Below are positions 1 through 13,083 of a stretch of DNA of 64,000 nt, one piece after another; within the stretch, counting starts at the first letter, position 1; each line of letters starts with the position of its first letter. A program made the translations under genes and the position numbers. The notes below the pieces were generated by a model that saw only the letters and a list, made by a program, of their open reading frames with translations, was not told where the DNA came from and did not search any database. This stretch comes from Octopus sinensis (taxonomy: Eukaryota): NCBI RefSeq assembly GCF_006345805.1, contig NC_042999.1, forward strand, positions 22,072,001 to 22,136,000, written 5' to 3'.

Positions 1-1625
1 CATACACACATGCATACATACTACATACTACATACTACATACATACATACATACATACATACATGCATACACACATACACACATGCATCATACATACATA
101 CATACACATACATACAACACACATACACACATGCACACATACATACATACATACTCATACATACATACATACATACACACATACACACATACATACATAC
201 ATACATACTACATCCACACATACATACATACATACATACATACACACATACATAATGCATACATACATACATACATACATACATACACACATACACACAG
301 ACATACATACATACACACATACCTACATACATACATACATACATACATACACACATACACACATGCATACATACATACATACATACATACATACATACCT
401 ACAACATACATACATACACACATACACACATGCATACATACATCATACATACATACATACATACATACACACATACACACATGCATACATACATACATAC
501 ATACATACATACATACATACAACAATACATACATACACACATACACACATCATACATACATACATACATACATACACACATACATACATACATACATACA
601 ACATACATACATACATACATACATATATACATACATACATACATACACACATACATACATACATACACACATACATACATACATACATACACCATACATA
701 CATACATACATACATACATACACACATACATATATACATACATACATACATAATACATACATCTACATACATACATACATCTACACACATACACACATAC
801 ATACATACATACATACATACATACATACATACATACACACATACATACATACATACATACACACATACACACATACATACATACATACATACATACATAC
901 ATACATACACACATACATACATACATACATACACACATACATACATACATACATACATACATACATACACACATACATACATACATACATACATACATAC
1001 ATACATACATACACACATACACACATGCATACATACATACATACATACATACATACATACATACATACACACATACACACATGCATACATACATACATAC
1101 ATACATACATACATACACACATACACACATACATACATACATACATACATACATACATACATACACACATACATACATACATACATACACACATACATAC
1201 ATACATACATACATACATACATACATACATACATACACACATACATACATACATACATACATACACATACATACATACATACATACATACACACATACAT
1301 ACATACATACATACATACATACATACACACATACATACATACATACATCACAATACACACATACATACAATACATACATACATACACACATACACACATA
1401 CATACATACATACATACATACATACACATCATACATACATACATACATACATACACACACATACACCATACATACATACATCCATACATACATACACACA
1501 TACATACATACACTACAACATACATACATACATACATACATACATACATACATACATACATACACACATACACACATACATACATACATACATACATACA
1601 TACATACATACATACATACATACAT
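1..1625. repeat. Long (CATA)n/(CA)n compound microsatellite, running off the window start
   Basis: Directly visible; explains all HTYI/MYVC ORFs. Confidence 0.98.
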
Positions 1626-1829
1626 ACAATACAATACACTACCACGGTAAATGTAAAGCGCCTAACAAATATAGAACAAGTAATTTAAGAACGAGAGAGA
1701 AGAGTGACCTCAGTCATATTTAAAACAAGACTAGGTTTTTAGGGCAATTTAAAATACGTGAATGAAAATATAATTATCAACTTCCAGTCTAGATTAAAGG
1801 TGACAGTACAAGTAGTATAGTTAATAATA

Positions 1830-2575
1830 GTGACAGTGGCGGTGGTAGAGTCGACAGGTGGGGGGACGAGGGAATGATGGTGTACGGGATAGTGGTGGTG
1901 GTGGTCGTCGTCGTCGTCGGCGTTGTGGCGGCAGTGGTGGGGAATGGTGAGAATGGTGGGAATGGTGGTGGTTGTAGTGGTGGTGGTGGCTGGTGCTGGT
2001 GGTTCGTAGTCGTCGTCGTTGTCGTGGCGGCGGTGGTACTGGTGGTTGTTTTTATTGTGGCTGAGAGGATGCTGTCGTCGGTGGTGGTCGTGTTGGAGCG
2101 GATAGTGGTAATGGTGCTGGTCGTCGTTGTCGTCGTCATCGTGGCGGCAGTGGTGCTTGTAGTTGTTTTTTTAATGGTGGTGGTGGTGGTGGTGGTCGGG
2201 GTAGTGGGGTTGATGGTGGTGGTGCTAGTTGTGGTAGTGCTGCAGTGTTGGTGGTGCTGCTGGTGCTGGTGATGGTAGTGGTGTTGTTGGTGGTGGTGAT
2301 GGTGATGTGGTGTGGGCCATAGTCGTGATGATGGTTGCGGTGGTGGTGGTGATTGTTGTGGTGGTTGTGGTTGTGATGGTGGTGGTGGTGAGGGTGGTGA
2401 TAGTGGTGGTGGTGGTGGTGACGGTGGTAGTGTTGGTGATGGTAGCGGTGGTGGCGATAATAGTGGTAATGAGGGTGGTGATATTAGCGATGGTAATGAT
2501 CATAGTAGAAATGATGGTCATTGTGGTGGTCGCCGTTGTGGTATTAGGATGTTTGGATCTTATAGTTGTTGATGT
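1830..2575. repeat. Degenerate (GGT)n/(CGT)n trinucleotide low-complexity tract
   Basis: Runs of ggt/gtc/gtg; produces poly-Val and poly-Thr ORFs. Confidence 0.95.
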
Positions 2576-2769
2576 CTAACACCAAGTCAGCCAAGCTGAG
2601 TAGATCAATAGTTAAAGACATTCCAAACATGACATGACCATCCTACCTCTTTACACCTATGTAGAATTTTCTGTCTTCATTTAACAAGAAAAAACTTGGC
2701 TGTTATTTCTAGCGGAATGCATGCAGTGGCTTTTCACGATCGTGGTTCTAATAATCATTTGTTTTGTAT

Positions 2770-3072
2770 GCCCAAGGCCAGAGATTTTGGGGTGAGTGGG
2801 TTAGTCGATTACATCGACCCTGTACCCGACTGGTACTTATTTCATCAACCCCGAAGTTATGAAAGACAAAGTCCATTTCAGGAGTTGTAATAGTCCCTTG
2901 TGTTATAGGCACAACGCTAAAATTTTTCAGGGAGGGGCTAATCGACTACATACGAACGAACAAAAAACAAAGTTGACTTCGGTGGGATTTGAACTCAGAA
3001 CATAAAGAGCTGGAAGAGATAACGCTAAGCATTTTCTCTGACACGGTAATGACACGGCCAGCTCATCGCCTT
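2770..3072 (-). mobile_element. SINE family A, degenerate fragments
   Basis: Reverse complement of family A body (gtcgattacatcgacccc, atttgaactcagaac, ccagctcatcgcc). Confidence 0.75.
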
Positions 3073-3135
3073 ACCGCATTTGTAATAGTAGCAGAGGATG
3101 TAGTGTAGTAGTGGTGAAAGAAACTTTTTAGGGTA

Positions 3136-3370
3136 AAGGTAGCTAGCTGGCAGAAACGTTAGCAAGCCGGGCGAAATGCCTAGCGGTATTTCGTCTGTCT
3201 TTACGTTCTGAGTTCAAATTCCGCCAAGGTCGACTTTACCTTTCATCCTTTCAGGGTCGATAAATAAAGTACCAGTTACGCAGTGGGGTCGATGTAATCG
3301 ACTTAATCCCTTTGTCTGTCCTTGTTTGTCCTCTCTTTATGTTTAGCCCCTTGTGGGTAGTAAAGAAATA
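3136..3370 (+). mobile_element. tRNA-derived SINE family A, full-length copy
   Basis: A-box-like gctggcagaaacgttagc, B-box-like gagttcaaattc, tail ccccttgtgggtagtaaagaaata; more than 15 homologous copies in the window. Confidence 0.9.
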
Positions 3371-3849
3371 AGAAACTTGTTAGGAGAGGTAGCTCCAGTG
3401 GTGCTTGTGAAGGTGGTTGTCGTGGTATAATTGATGCAGTAGTAATGATGGTGGTTATGCAACGGGTATATTTGGGGTAACCTTTGAAAGTTATGATGTG
3501 TGTTTTTCTTCGAGTTCTCTCGTAGTAATGTAAAATAAGGCAGGAGCTACTGAGGTACAAACGTTGTGCCATAATGTTATTATTAAGCGACGTGAGCTTG
3601 GTTTTTGTTGGGGATGTAATGCTTTAGATAGTTTGTGAACTTGAAACCGGTATCGTGTTTCGATTATATTAATTGAATATTTCTCACATCGTACAAAGGA
3701 TGAGGCGTTTAACGTTCAAAGTGTTGGACAGATTAGAGTTTAACTTCTTTGTGGAGATGCCAATAGTCAACAAACGCATATTAACGCACTTCTTATCGAC
3801 GCCTGACTTATGACATGCTTAACGCTTCTATGCATTATAGAGAATCAAA

Positions 3850-4075
3850 GAGCAGTGGATTCGCAGAATTACTAAACAGCTGAGCAAAATACCTTGCTGT
3901 GTTTCTTCTAGCTTTCAACATTCTGAATTAAAATCCCATCCAGGTCATCTATGACTGACATCTCTCCCTGGTCGATAAGTTTAAGCAGCAGTCAAGTACT
4001 GGTACGTTTTAATCGACTAACCCCTTAACTTCCAACATTTCAATCCTTGCACCTAATGCTTAGAACTTGTATTAA
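3850..4075 (+). mobile_element. SINE family A, old diverged copy
   Basis: Recognisable ttctgaattaaaatccc, ggtcgataag and aatcgacta blocks. Confidence 0.6.
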
Positions 4076-4465
4076 CAACTATATATAAAATTAGAAATTA
4101 TACGAAATTCGTGGTACTCTTCTGCCTCGAATATATTCTTACCAATCCATACGACTCTCAGCAACTGACATATTTTAGACAAATAAACCCGAATTGCTGT
4201 AAATTATCGTTATTCTAATTCGGGTAGCAAACAGGTAAATATTCTGTTCGATTAGGAGGGGAGCTCCTTTTGCAACCACGTGGTTTCGGATTCCGTGCCA
4301 CTCGGTGACACCTTTGCCAAGTGTCTTCTACTATAACCTCGGATCGACCAATGCTTCGTGAGTTTTTTTAGAATTTAGTAGACTAAAAATGTGCAAAAAC
4401 CCATCATATACGTTAAATATATAAAGATACACACATGCGTATATAATATATATATATATATAATA

Positions 4466-4510
<45 letters not shown>

Positions 4511-4674
4511 ATATATATATATAATAATAATTATTATTTGAGGGAATAAAATCCATTTCTTGCAAGAAAAAATTTCAATTTAGAAGTACTAAATCAAATT
4601 TCACACAATATATATATATATAAATTGGAAAAAAATACCACCTTTTATTTTATTTTATTGTTCTAGTTTATTAT

Positions 4675-4763
4675 TAACCTAATGAGTGACTATATTTATA
4701 TCGAAGTGATTTCTCTACTACTATAATCATTTCTTAAATATAGCCACGAAACACGTGTCGTTA
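4675..4763 (+). ncRNA. Type-I hammerhead ribozyme motif, degenerate (G5 to A)
   Basis: taac-CTAATGA-gtgactata...tatagccac-GAAA-C-ACGT-G-TC-gtta; stem I 4 bp, stem II 8/9 pairs, palindromic CACGTG stem III. Confidence 0.75.
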
Positions 4764-5059
4764 TTCTACAAATTAGATACGCTTTTATTATTATTTTATT
4801 TGCAATTTATTTAATCATTGACATTTTATTGTTACTTTAATTTTAATATTTCTATTATATGTAATTTTCTAGATGGTGTAATTTAATTGTTCACTTTGAA
4901 TTGATAAAAGGTGTGTTTTTTTCTAAATTTGTATATACATACATATATATATATATATACAAGGACAAAAGAAAAAAAGTGTGCTCATGACTTAGTGTTT
5001 GTTTCTTCCATGGGTATAAGTAAGTATTTCATTTATTTATATGGTTATTGACGATTTAT

Positions 5060-5198
5060 CTATTTTCGGCATATTTGGCATTAGAAGTTTTTTCCTTTGT
5101 CATTGTTCATAAGTTGTTTATTAATTTAACCTTTAAAGGTAATATTAATATGCTGGCCATTGATAGAATGTTTTTTCGAAAAATTTTGTCCTATATTA

Positions 5199-5200
<2 letters not shown>
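5060..5200 (-). repeat. (TA)n-adjacent repeat family E; further copies at about 10796-10890 (+) and 38578-38650 (+)
   Basis: Shared taggataaaatttttcg...atcaatggccagcatatt...cctttaaaggt in three copies, each abutting a (TA)n tract. Confidence 0.75.
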
Positions 5201-5258
<58 letters not shown>

Positions 5259-6133
5259 CATACATACATACGCATTACCTTTGTGCTTTTGTGCTTCTCC
5301 TTACCTACTGCTTGACAACTGATGTTGGTTCGTACAGATCCCGGTACTTCAAAGGCGACTAATAGAATAAGATGCACACTTAAGAATAGGCACTTTGGTG
5401 GATTTGGGCGACAAAACCTTTGAAGGTGGTGCCTGTGCATAGTTGCAGTCTAATGGCTGAAACAACCAAAGTAAAAGATAAAGAGAAATAACTGATATAA
5501 CTTCCCATTTTAAAGTTCCTCTGAAACGACTGCTTGTGAGATAATCGATGACGAAGTTGAATCAATCTTTCTGAAGAGGATCACGCTTTGTTGTTGTAGA
5601 TATTTTGCTTCTTATTCTTGTGTATCAAACTAGTCTTTTTTTTCTCCATATGTCTGTAAACATTTCCATGAGCCGAGCTTCAGCTATGAACCTTTATCTT
5701 CATTTCTCACCTACAAGTCTTATGCTAACATGCTAAGAGCTAAAGTCGATCGATAGGTAATATAAGAAGAAACTCAAATTATGAAGGCAATAAAATTATA
5801 ATTAGAGTTTATAATGATAAGTTATAAACGCCTGGCTATACTTTACAACAACATATATAATTATATGTTAAGAATCACAATAAAATTACAATAGCTATAA
5901 ACTAATTATAAGTCACAAATTATTATCATAAATTATAATTACAACAGAACATCACATAAAGTTTGAAACACAATACTTGTAAATATTTTCCAGCAACTAA
6001 ATTACTAGATATTAATCCGTGAAGATCTATGAAAGTATAGAGCATCTTAAACCCTTATAATATTTTCGGTAATGCTTTGTGAAAATATTTGCTCGGACCA
6101 CTCAAAGAATATATAACTGATTTACATGAAAGA

Positions 6134-6648
6134 TACCGTAAATCCTCGAGTATAATCCGCAATTTTTCCCAAAATTTAATGGTCAAAATCTCTAGTGTGT
6201 ACTATATACGAGGTTAAAAATGAAAAATATTTTCTAAGCAATGTCCGAGTCTCTATTTGCTGCCCGGCAATATTTATTCAGACGCATTTTGTGATGTCGG
6301 GCGCGAAAATACCTTAAACTAAGCCTGAAAGCAATGAAGTCATAAAAGAATCAATCATAACTTGCAGTAAGCAACAGTTATTAAAATAAACGTATTCAGA
6401 ACACAGAATAACATGTAACAAAAACAATATGCAAACATAGTTACAGTCCCATATAACAGTTAAGAACATCACCATTATTGTATTACGCATGCGCGGAAGT
6501 GTTTGTTCGATTTGGTGCTGCTGGCTTAATTACGCACAGCTCAAATTAGAGAAGGGTGTGTATTATACACAAGGTTTAGGTTTTTCAGAAGTACAGCCCG
6601 CTATAAATCCCCTGCGTATTATACTCAAGGGCGGAGTATACTCGGGGA
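6134..6648. mobile_element. Non-autonomous pogo/Tigger-like (Tc1/mariner superfamily) element, right end truncated by a SINE
   Basis: Left end TA-ccgtaaatcctcgagtataatccgc; inverted copy gcggagtatactcgggga at 6631-6648. Confidence 0.6.
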
Positions 6649-6989
6649 CGACTTTGCCGTTTATCTTTCTGGGTTCGATGAATTAAGTACCAGTTAAACA
6701 CTGGAGTCGAAGTTCGTCTTCAATCGACTGCAACCTCAAATGCGTGGCTGTGTTCATATATTAAAAACCATTCTTTATTCTCTTATGGTAAAATGTGGAA
6801 GATAGCGTGATATTGTAATGTTTATATTGCAATTCAATGTTATAACCTGTGTTCCATTGTTGTATCTTACAAAATAACGTTCAATCCGATCACAGTTTCC
6901 CCCAAATGATGGTAATAAAAGGTATTAAGAACAAAAAGAAACAGAAAAAAAATTGGAGTCGTTTGTTTTACTTTCTGGGTATTCTTCCT

Positions 6990-7542
6990 GATTGCATCGG
7001 CCCCAGTGCATAACTGGTACATAATTTATCGATGCAGAAAGGATGAAAGGCGAAGTCGACATCGGCGGAATTTGAACTCAGAAATTTGTGGCCGACGAAA
7101 TACCTATTTCTTTACTACCCACAAGGGGCTAAACAGAGAGAGGACAAACAAGGACAAACGGATTAAGTCGATTATATCGACTCCAGTGCATAAATGGTAC
7201 TTAATTTATCGACTCCGAAAGGATGAAAGGTAAAGTCGACCTCGGCGGAATTTGAACTCAGAACGTACCGGCAGACGAAATACCGCTAAGCATTTCACAC
7301 GGCGTGCTACCGATTCTGCCAGCTCACCGCCTTAATAATAATAATAATGGTTTCAAATTTTGCCACAAGGGCAGCCATTCTTGGAGAGGGGATGAATCGA
7401 TTACATCGACTCCAGTGTTTAACTGGTACTTAATTTATCGACCCCGAAAGGATAAAAGGCAAAGTCGACCTCGGTAGAATTTGAACTCAGCGCATAATGG
7501 CAAACGAAATTCGTGCTAACGATTCCACCAGCTCACTACCTT
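6990..7542 (-). mobile_element. SINE family A cluster: dimer 6990-7333 plus a copy at about 7335-7542
   Basis: Heads ccagctcaccgcctt (7333) and ccagctcactacctt (7542); internal junction gaaatacc|tatttcttt near 7105. Confidence 0.88.
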
Positions 7543-7592
7543 AATAATAATAATAATGATAACAACAACAACAACAACAACAACACAACAAC

Positions 7593-7671
<79 letters not shown>

Positions 7672-7672
7672 G
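7543..7672. repeat. (TAA)n/(CAA)n microsatellite
   Basis: Directly visible. Confidence 0.97.
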
Positions 7673-9020
7673 AAATGGCGTTTCAGTAAGTTTACATGTT
7701 TCTAAGACATTCGTGCAGTTAAGATATTCTCTGATTCTTCTGTACACTTAACTAAACCCTGCATGAAGCCATTTTCCAAGTACAAGACAGTAAAGAAAAA
7801 TATTATGAAGCTAAAAACTAACAAAAATGACAGAAATATGCACTATAAATAATCAACATACAAGAATAACATATTCGATCCTTGCATCTGATATACCAAT
7901 AAATTGTATGCCAAGACGTAAATACAAGGCCTTTGCCTTTGTTCGTCTCTCCAACTCGAATACATATTCCATATATTCAATGCTGTTTTTAATATCTTTT
8001 TGATCAATCTATAAATATGCTATTTAACTATCTTTCATGTAAATCAGCCATACAGCCTTTGAGTGGTCCGAGCAAATATTTTCACAAAGCATTACCGAAA
8101 ACAATATGAGGGTTTAAGCTGTACTGTTCTTTCGTAGATCTGATTATACGCTGCAAAGATGTCTTATTCGTAAACCCATAAAAGCATTAACAGGAATCTA
8201 CATAAGGTAAATCAATTATTCCATGTTGTTGCGCTTTGCCAAATGCTAAGTATATTACGATAAAAGTATTCTTGCACAGATATTTATAGCATAGGCATTA
8301 GGTATTTAAGTGAAAGAATGTGCTTTTGGGCAGCTCGTTTAACCGAGTGGTGAAGCAGGTGAAACGGGTGAAGCAGGCATGGTGGATTCAGAACTGAAAC
8401 TGACTGTCATAGGATGCACAGTTCGTTTCCAAATTTTTCCACAGTGTTCAAATATACTCTGTAATTTTCATTCGATTTTAATTTAATATTCTGTGAACTA
8501 TTAATGATGAGCATTGCTGTATATATTCCAACACCTGAGTCCACGGATAAAGCAGTTAATTCTCATTTCGTCCAGTCTATCTAACAGGAGTGGAATGAAT
8601 ATTGCCAACCTCATAATATTTTGCTGAGGGGTACACAATATCCACGAGCTACTTTATTATTTTTAGGGTCAAGTTCGAAAGATACAGCCAACATCACTGA
8701 GATATGCTTTAATTATTTCGGATGAGGAGGAAAATTTATCTAAAGGTTCTATGACAAAATAGTCTATAGAGTTGATTTGTGTATGTAAACGCATAAAATT
8801 CTTCTTCTATAAGAGTTTCGGAACAATATGTTTCATAAAATCTACAACGTGAGATTCTATACTCAAAGATATAACGATGTATTCGATAGCAGAATAATAA
8901 AAGGAATTACAAAATTCAATTTCAGCAAAAATTGAGACGAAATATCTAAAATGTGATCACCAAACTCGTGTTATTTCGTTTATTTTGTTACTCTAAAATA
9001 TATTTAAATACATACAAACT

Positions 9021-9076
<56 letters not shown>

Positions 9077-9168
9077 GAGAGAGAGAGAGAGAGAAAGAGA
9101 AAGAGAGAAACAGGCAAAAGGGAATATATGTATACGTATATGTACACACACACACACATACACACACA

Positions 9169-9216
<48 letters not shown>

Positions 9217-9420
9217 GGTGAGTTAAAGTAGAGGTTATGACAACCGTCAAAGGCTTACTTGTATCCAATGAATTAACACGTGTATTACTTATATGTGATT
9301 ATGGGTATTAGTATTAATGCTCATAGATGATAGGTAAGGAAAGGAATAAACAGAGGCTTATGTATATTTACCTTAAATATTGATAACCAAATACAGTAAA
9401 TAGTAAGTGAAAACAGGACT

Positions 9421-9839
9421 CTCTTTTCTCTTTTACTCTTTTACTTGTTTCAGTCAGTTGACTGCGGCTATGCTGGAGCACCGCCTTTAGTCGAGCAAAT
9501 CGACCCCGGGACTTATTCTTTGTAAGCCCAGAACTTATTCTATCGGTCTCTTTTGCCGAACCGCTAAGCGACGGGGACATAAACACACCAGCATCGGTTG
9601 TCAAGCAATGCTAGGGGGACAAACACAGACACACAAATATACACGCACACACACATACATATATATACATATATACGACGGGCTTCTTTCAGTTTCCGTC
9701 TACCAAATCCACTCACAAGGCTTTGGTCGGCCCGAGGCTATAGTAGAAGACACTTGCCCAAGGTGCCACGCAGCGGGGCTGAACCCGGAACCATGTGGCT
9801 GGTAAGCAAGCTACTTACCACACAGCCACTCCTGCGCCT
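9421..9839 (-). mobile_element. tRNA-derived SINE family B, full-length, with internal (TA/TG)n
   Basis: Head aggcgcaggagtggctgtgtggtaag...gggttcagccccgc; ccttgggcaagt block resembling CORE-SINE central domains; tail ggcggtgctccagcat...gactgaaacaagtaaaaga. Confidence 0.92.
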
Positions 9840-9902
9840 ACGTACGAAATTTAAAGTGCCAGTTCATACTTGGTGACACATCTCTATGAAAAGAGGTTTC
9901 TA

Positions 9903-10143
9903 AACAGCCATGACTGTGGTAAGAATTTTGCTTTCTAACTACATGATTCCCAGTTCAGTCCCATGTGCGGAACCTTAGACAAGCATCTTCTACTGCAACC
10001 CGGGGCCGACAAATAACTTCTGAGTGGATTTGGTAAGCGGAAACTGAAAGAAGCCATCGTACAGATATATGGGTGTGGGTGTGAGCGTGTGTGTTTGTGT
10101 ATGTTTGTGTGTGTGTGTGTGTGTGTTTTTGTGTGTGTGTGTG

Positions 10144-10178
<35 letters not shown>

Positions 10179-10330
10179 TGGGTGTGTCTGTGTCTGCGTT
10201 GTCCCCCACCACTGCTTGACAATGGGTACTAGGTTTCAAAAAGCATTAAGAACTGGGTTCGATTCATTCGACAAAGAAATTCTTCAAGATGGTGCTCCAA
10301 CATGGCCGCAGACTAAAGACGGTCTGATCA
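9903..10330 (+). mobile_element. SINE family B, diverged copy
   Basis: gagtggatttggtaagcggaaactgaaagaagcc, (TG)n tract, ttgtcccccaccactgcttgacaa, tail ggtgctccaacatggccgcagac. Confidence 0.8.
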
Positions 10331-10499
10331 TTCGGCTGATTTTGTTGGTCACCAGGATATCGGTCGTGAAATTAACAAATGCGATTTCGAAGAAATTTGC
10401 GAAATGTTTTCCTCTCTCTCTTGTCTTCCTTATTAATATAAGAACAGCATCGAGCTTACATTCATAAAATTCTTTGTAAAAGAGTTGAAGACATTTCCT

Positions 10500-10724
10500 C
10501 TTTCACTCTTTTACTTGTTTCAGTCACTTGACTGTGGCCATACTGCAGCACCAAATTTAGTCGAGCAAATCGACCACATGACTTATTCTTTGTAAGCCTA
10601 ATACCTATTCTATCGGTCTCTTTTGCCGAACCGCTAGGTTACAAGGACGTAAACACACCAGCATCGGTTGTCAAGCGATGTTGGGGGACAAACACAGACA
10701 CACAAACATATACACACACATATG

Positions 10725-10773
<49 letters not shown>

Positions 10774-10922
10774 TATATATTATATATATATATATTTAAT
10801 GTAGGATAAAATTTTTTCGAAATTTTATCAATGGCCAGCATATTAAAAAATACCTTTAAGGTTAATATTATAAACAACTTATAAATAAGGGCCCTTATTT
10901 ATAAGTTATATATTTATATATA

Positions 10923-10985
<63 letters not shown>

Positions 10986-11383
10986 ATATTATATATATAT
11001 ATATATATACATGAGTGTATTTTCCCTTGTTAACAATTAACACAGAAAGCATATATATAAATAGTTACCAGGGTAGCAAAACTTCACACAAGTAAAGAGG
11101 TTGTAATTCCTTGGTTTTAGAGATAGAAACTTCGGACTTACGTGGAATTTCATTTATATATATATATATATGTTCAATATGTGACCGCGTGTGTATAGTT
11201 GGCGATTTTCTTTCTACGTCTTCCCTTCCTTGGACCTTTCCTTTTTCTATGTTTCTGACGAAGGGCTCCGCTCGAAACGTTGAATCCTCCTTCTTTCTTT
11301 CCTCTTCTGAGCGGCCAATAACACTATCCTTGTTCCACGTCCTAGCGTTGTTGTATTTTCTCTTCGTTCATGTTTGGAGTAAC

Positions 11384-11419
<36 letters not shown>

Positions 11420-11575
11420 CGACGGGCTTCTTTCAGTTCCCGTCTACCAAATCCACTCACAAGGCTTTATTCGGCCCGAGGCTATAGCAGAAGACAGTTG
11501 CCCAAGGTGACACGCAGTGGGACTGAATACGTGGTTGGTAAGCAAGCTATTTACCACATAGCCACTCCTACGCCT
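10500..11575 (-). mobile_element. SINE family B split copy: tail about 10500-10730, head about 11418-11575, with about 680 bp of (TA)n and inserted modules between
   Basis: Both halves are colinear, on the same strand and match intact B copies. Confidence 0.85.
11251..11285 (+). ncRNA. Minimal type-I hammerhead motif
   Basis: gttt-CTGACGA-a-gggc-tcc-gctc-GAAA-CG-TT-gaat; core intact, palindromic AACGTT in place of stem III, weak stem I. Confidence 0.6.
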
Positions 11576-12166
11576 AGAACGTTTTTTTCTTTTAAATAGC
11601 CATAAATGTATAAACATTGCAATTTGTCTCACCATTTCACTTCTCACAGTCAATCCACCAATATGGCATGGTATCCTCTATGAAAAACATAAGCGCTGGT
11701 TGCAACCGTCCCACGATTTTACAAAAGGAAAAAAATCTTCAGAAAATATAGTCCTTAAATGAGTTACGCAGAAAATGTATGTATGTTTCTTGGCTGTGTC
11801 TCTTTACGCACGTTCGTCTTTCTGAGTGTATACACTCCTAATTCTGGTAATAGAAGCTTCAAAGCAATTCAATTACATTTATACAGATCAATTTTGCTGT
11901 CCACTTCACAGATGTAAACCTTTAATTAATTTAAAGGAAACATAGCTAAAGAGATAATGGAAGAAGTTGCAAAGTATAACTGATTTATAGACAGACAGCA
12001 ACAGCGGTTTACTTTTCTCTTTTCTTGGCGTGCTGATTCATCGAAGTATGTTAATATAATCTAGTCGATACAAATATTATGATCTTTTGATAATCAATGC
12101 AGTAGTATACTATCGATGAAGAGAACAACACTTCATATACATATACGTATATATATATATTGATAG

Positions 12167-12485
12167 AAATGGTAAAACAACAAAAGAATGAAAGAGACCT
12201 CGATATTATGTAAACAGAGGAATTTATCTGTAAAATTAATATGTGACAATTATTCGGTAGCCATGATAAAACTCCGAGTTTCGGATGTCGGGGTAGAAAC
12301 CCACGCCACCATCTGTTCATTCTTTTTTCGATGGCCGGATAACTGAAGAGATGGAGGCGTGGGTTTCCGCCTCGACATCCGAAGCTAGGAGTTTTATCAT
12401 GGCTACCGAATTATATTTACAGATAAATTCCTCTGTTTACATAATATCGAGGGTCTCTTTCATTCTTTTGTTGTCTTACCATTTC
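12167..12485. mobile_element. Fold-back PLE-like module; arms about 12167-12313 and 12350-12485
   Basis: Arms are reverse complements (about 85% identity by eye); homologous to 38306-38560; carries an HHR motif. Confidence 0.75.
12338..12398 (+). ncRNA. Hammerhead motif, degenerate (GAAA to GAAG)
   Basis: gataa-CTGAAGA-gatg...catc-c-GAAG-ctaggag-TT-ttatc; homologue of the intact-core copy at 38392. Confidence 0.6.
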
Positions 12486-12599
12486 TCTCTCTCTCTCTCT
12501 CTCTCTTCTCTCCTCTCTCCTCTCTCTCTCTCTCTCTCTCACTCTCTCTGTATATATATATATAGAGAGAAGAGAGATTTATATATATATATACAGATT

Positions 12600-12653
<54 letters not shown>

Positions 12654-12689
12654 CAAAGATTTTCTTTCGTGTCTCGTAAATTCTTTCTG

Positions 12690-12840
12690 TTATAGGCATA
12701 AGACCTAAAAATTTAGAAGGACAGGCGATTACATTGACCCCAGTGCTCCAGTGGAACTTATTTCATCGACTCCTATATAACGAAGGTCAAAGTCCACCTC
12801 AGAACAGAATTTGAACTCAGAACATAAAGACGGCATGCTA
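12690..12840 (-). mobile_element. SINE family A fragment
   Basis: gatttacattgacccc-like block, aaagtccacctc, atttgaactcagaac. Confidence 0.7.
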
Positions 12841-13083
12841 ATGATTTTACCCTCTGGCCGACTTAAATCTTAGCGATGTATAACCACGACACCAAAGTGA
12901 CGTCGCAACATTTGTGCCTTGTAAAAGAATAGGTTATTATGGAAGTTGTATTATGATAATAACATTGTTGATTTCGTTTTTGTTGAGGTATAATTTTTTT
13001 AGTATATTATTCTATTTTGTTTTCTCATAGCAACAATGTCCATTTGGAATAAAATATTGAAATTGAGAGGCTGGAAGTAAATA

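Larger units (their letters stand above)
4255..5485 (+). mobile_element. SINE family B split copy: head about 4255-4430, tail about 5290-5485, separated by (TA)n and inserted modules
   Basis: Head motif caccttt-gccaagtgtcttctactataacctcgg; tail motifs ctgcttgacaactgatgttgg and gcagtctaatggctgaaacaa match intact B copies. Confidence 0.7.

Noticed and set aside
10-1723. Long ORFs of 400-546 aa (HTYI/MYVC repeats)
   Set aside because: Translations of a (CATA)n microsatellite, open in several frames on both strands
1789-2579. Poly-Thr mucin-like and poly-Val ORFs
   Set aside because: Degenerate (GGT)n tract; no convincing splice boundaries or unique domain
8138-8206. 69-nt AG...GT exon-like segment
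   Set aside because: The acceptor lies within an 84-bp repeat arm, and the donor context recurs at about 53955; probably repeat-derived
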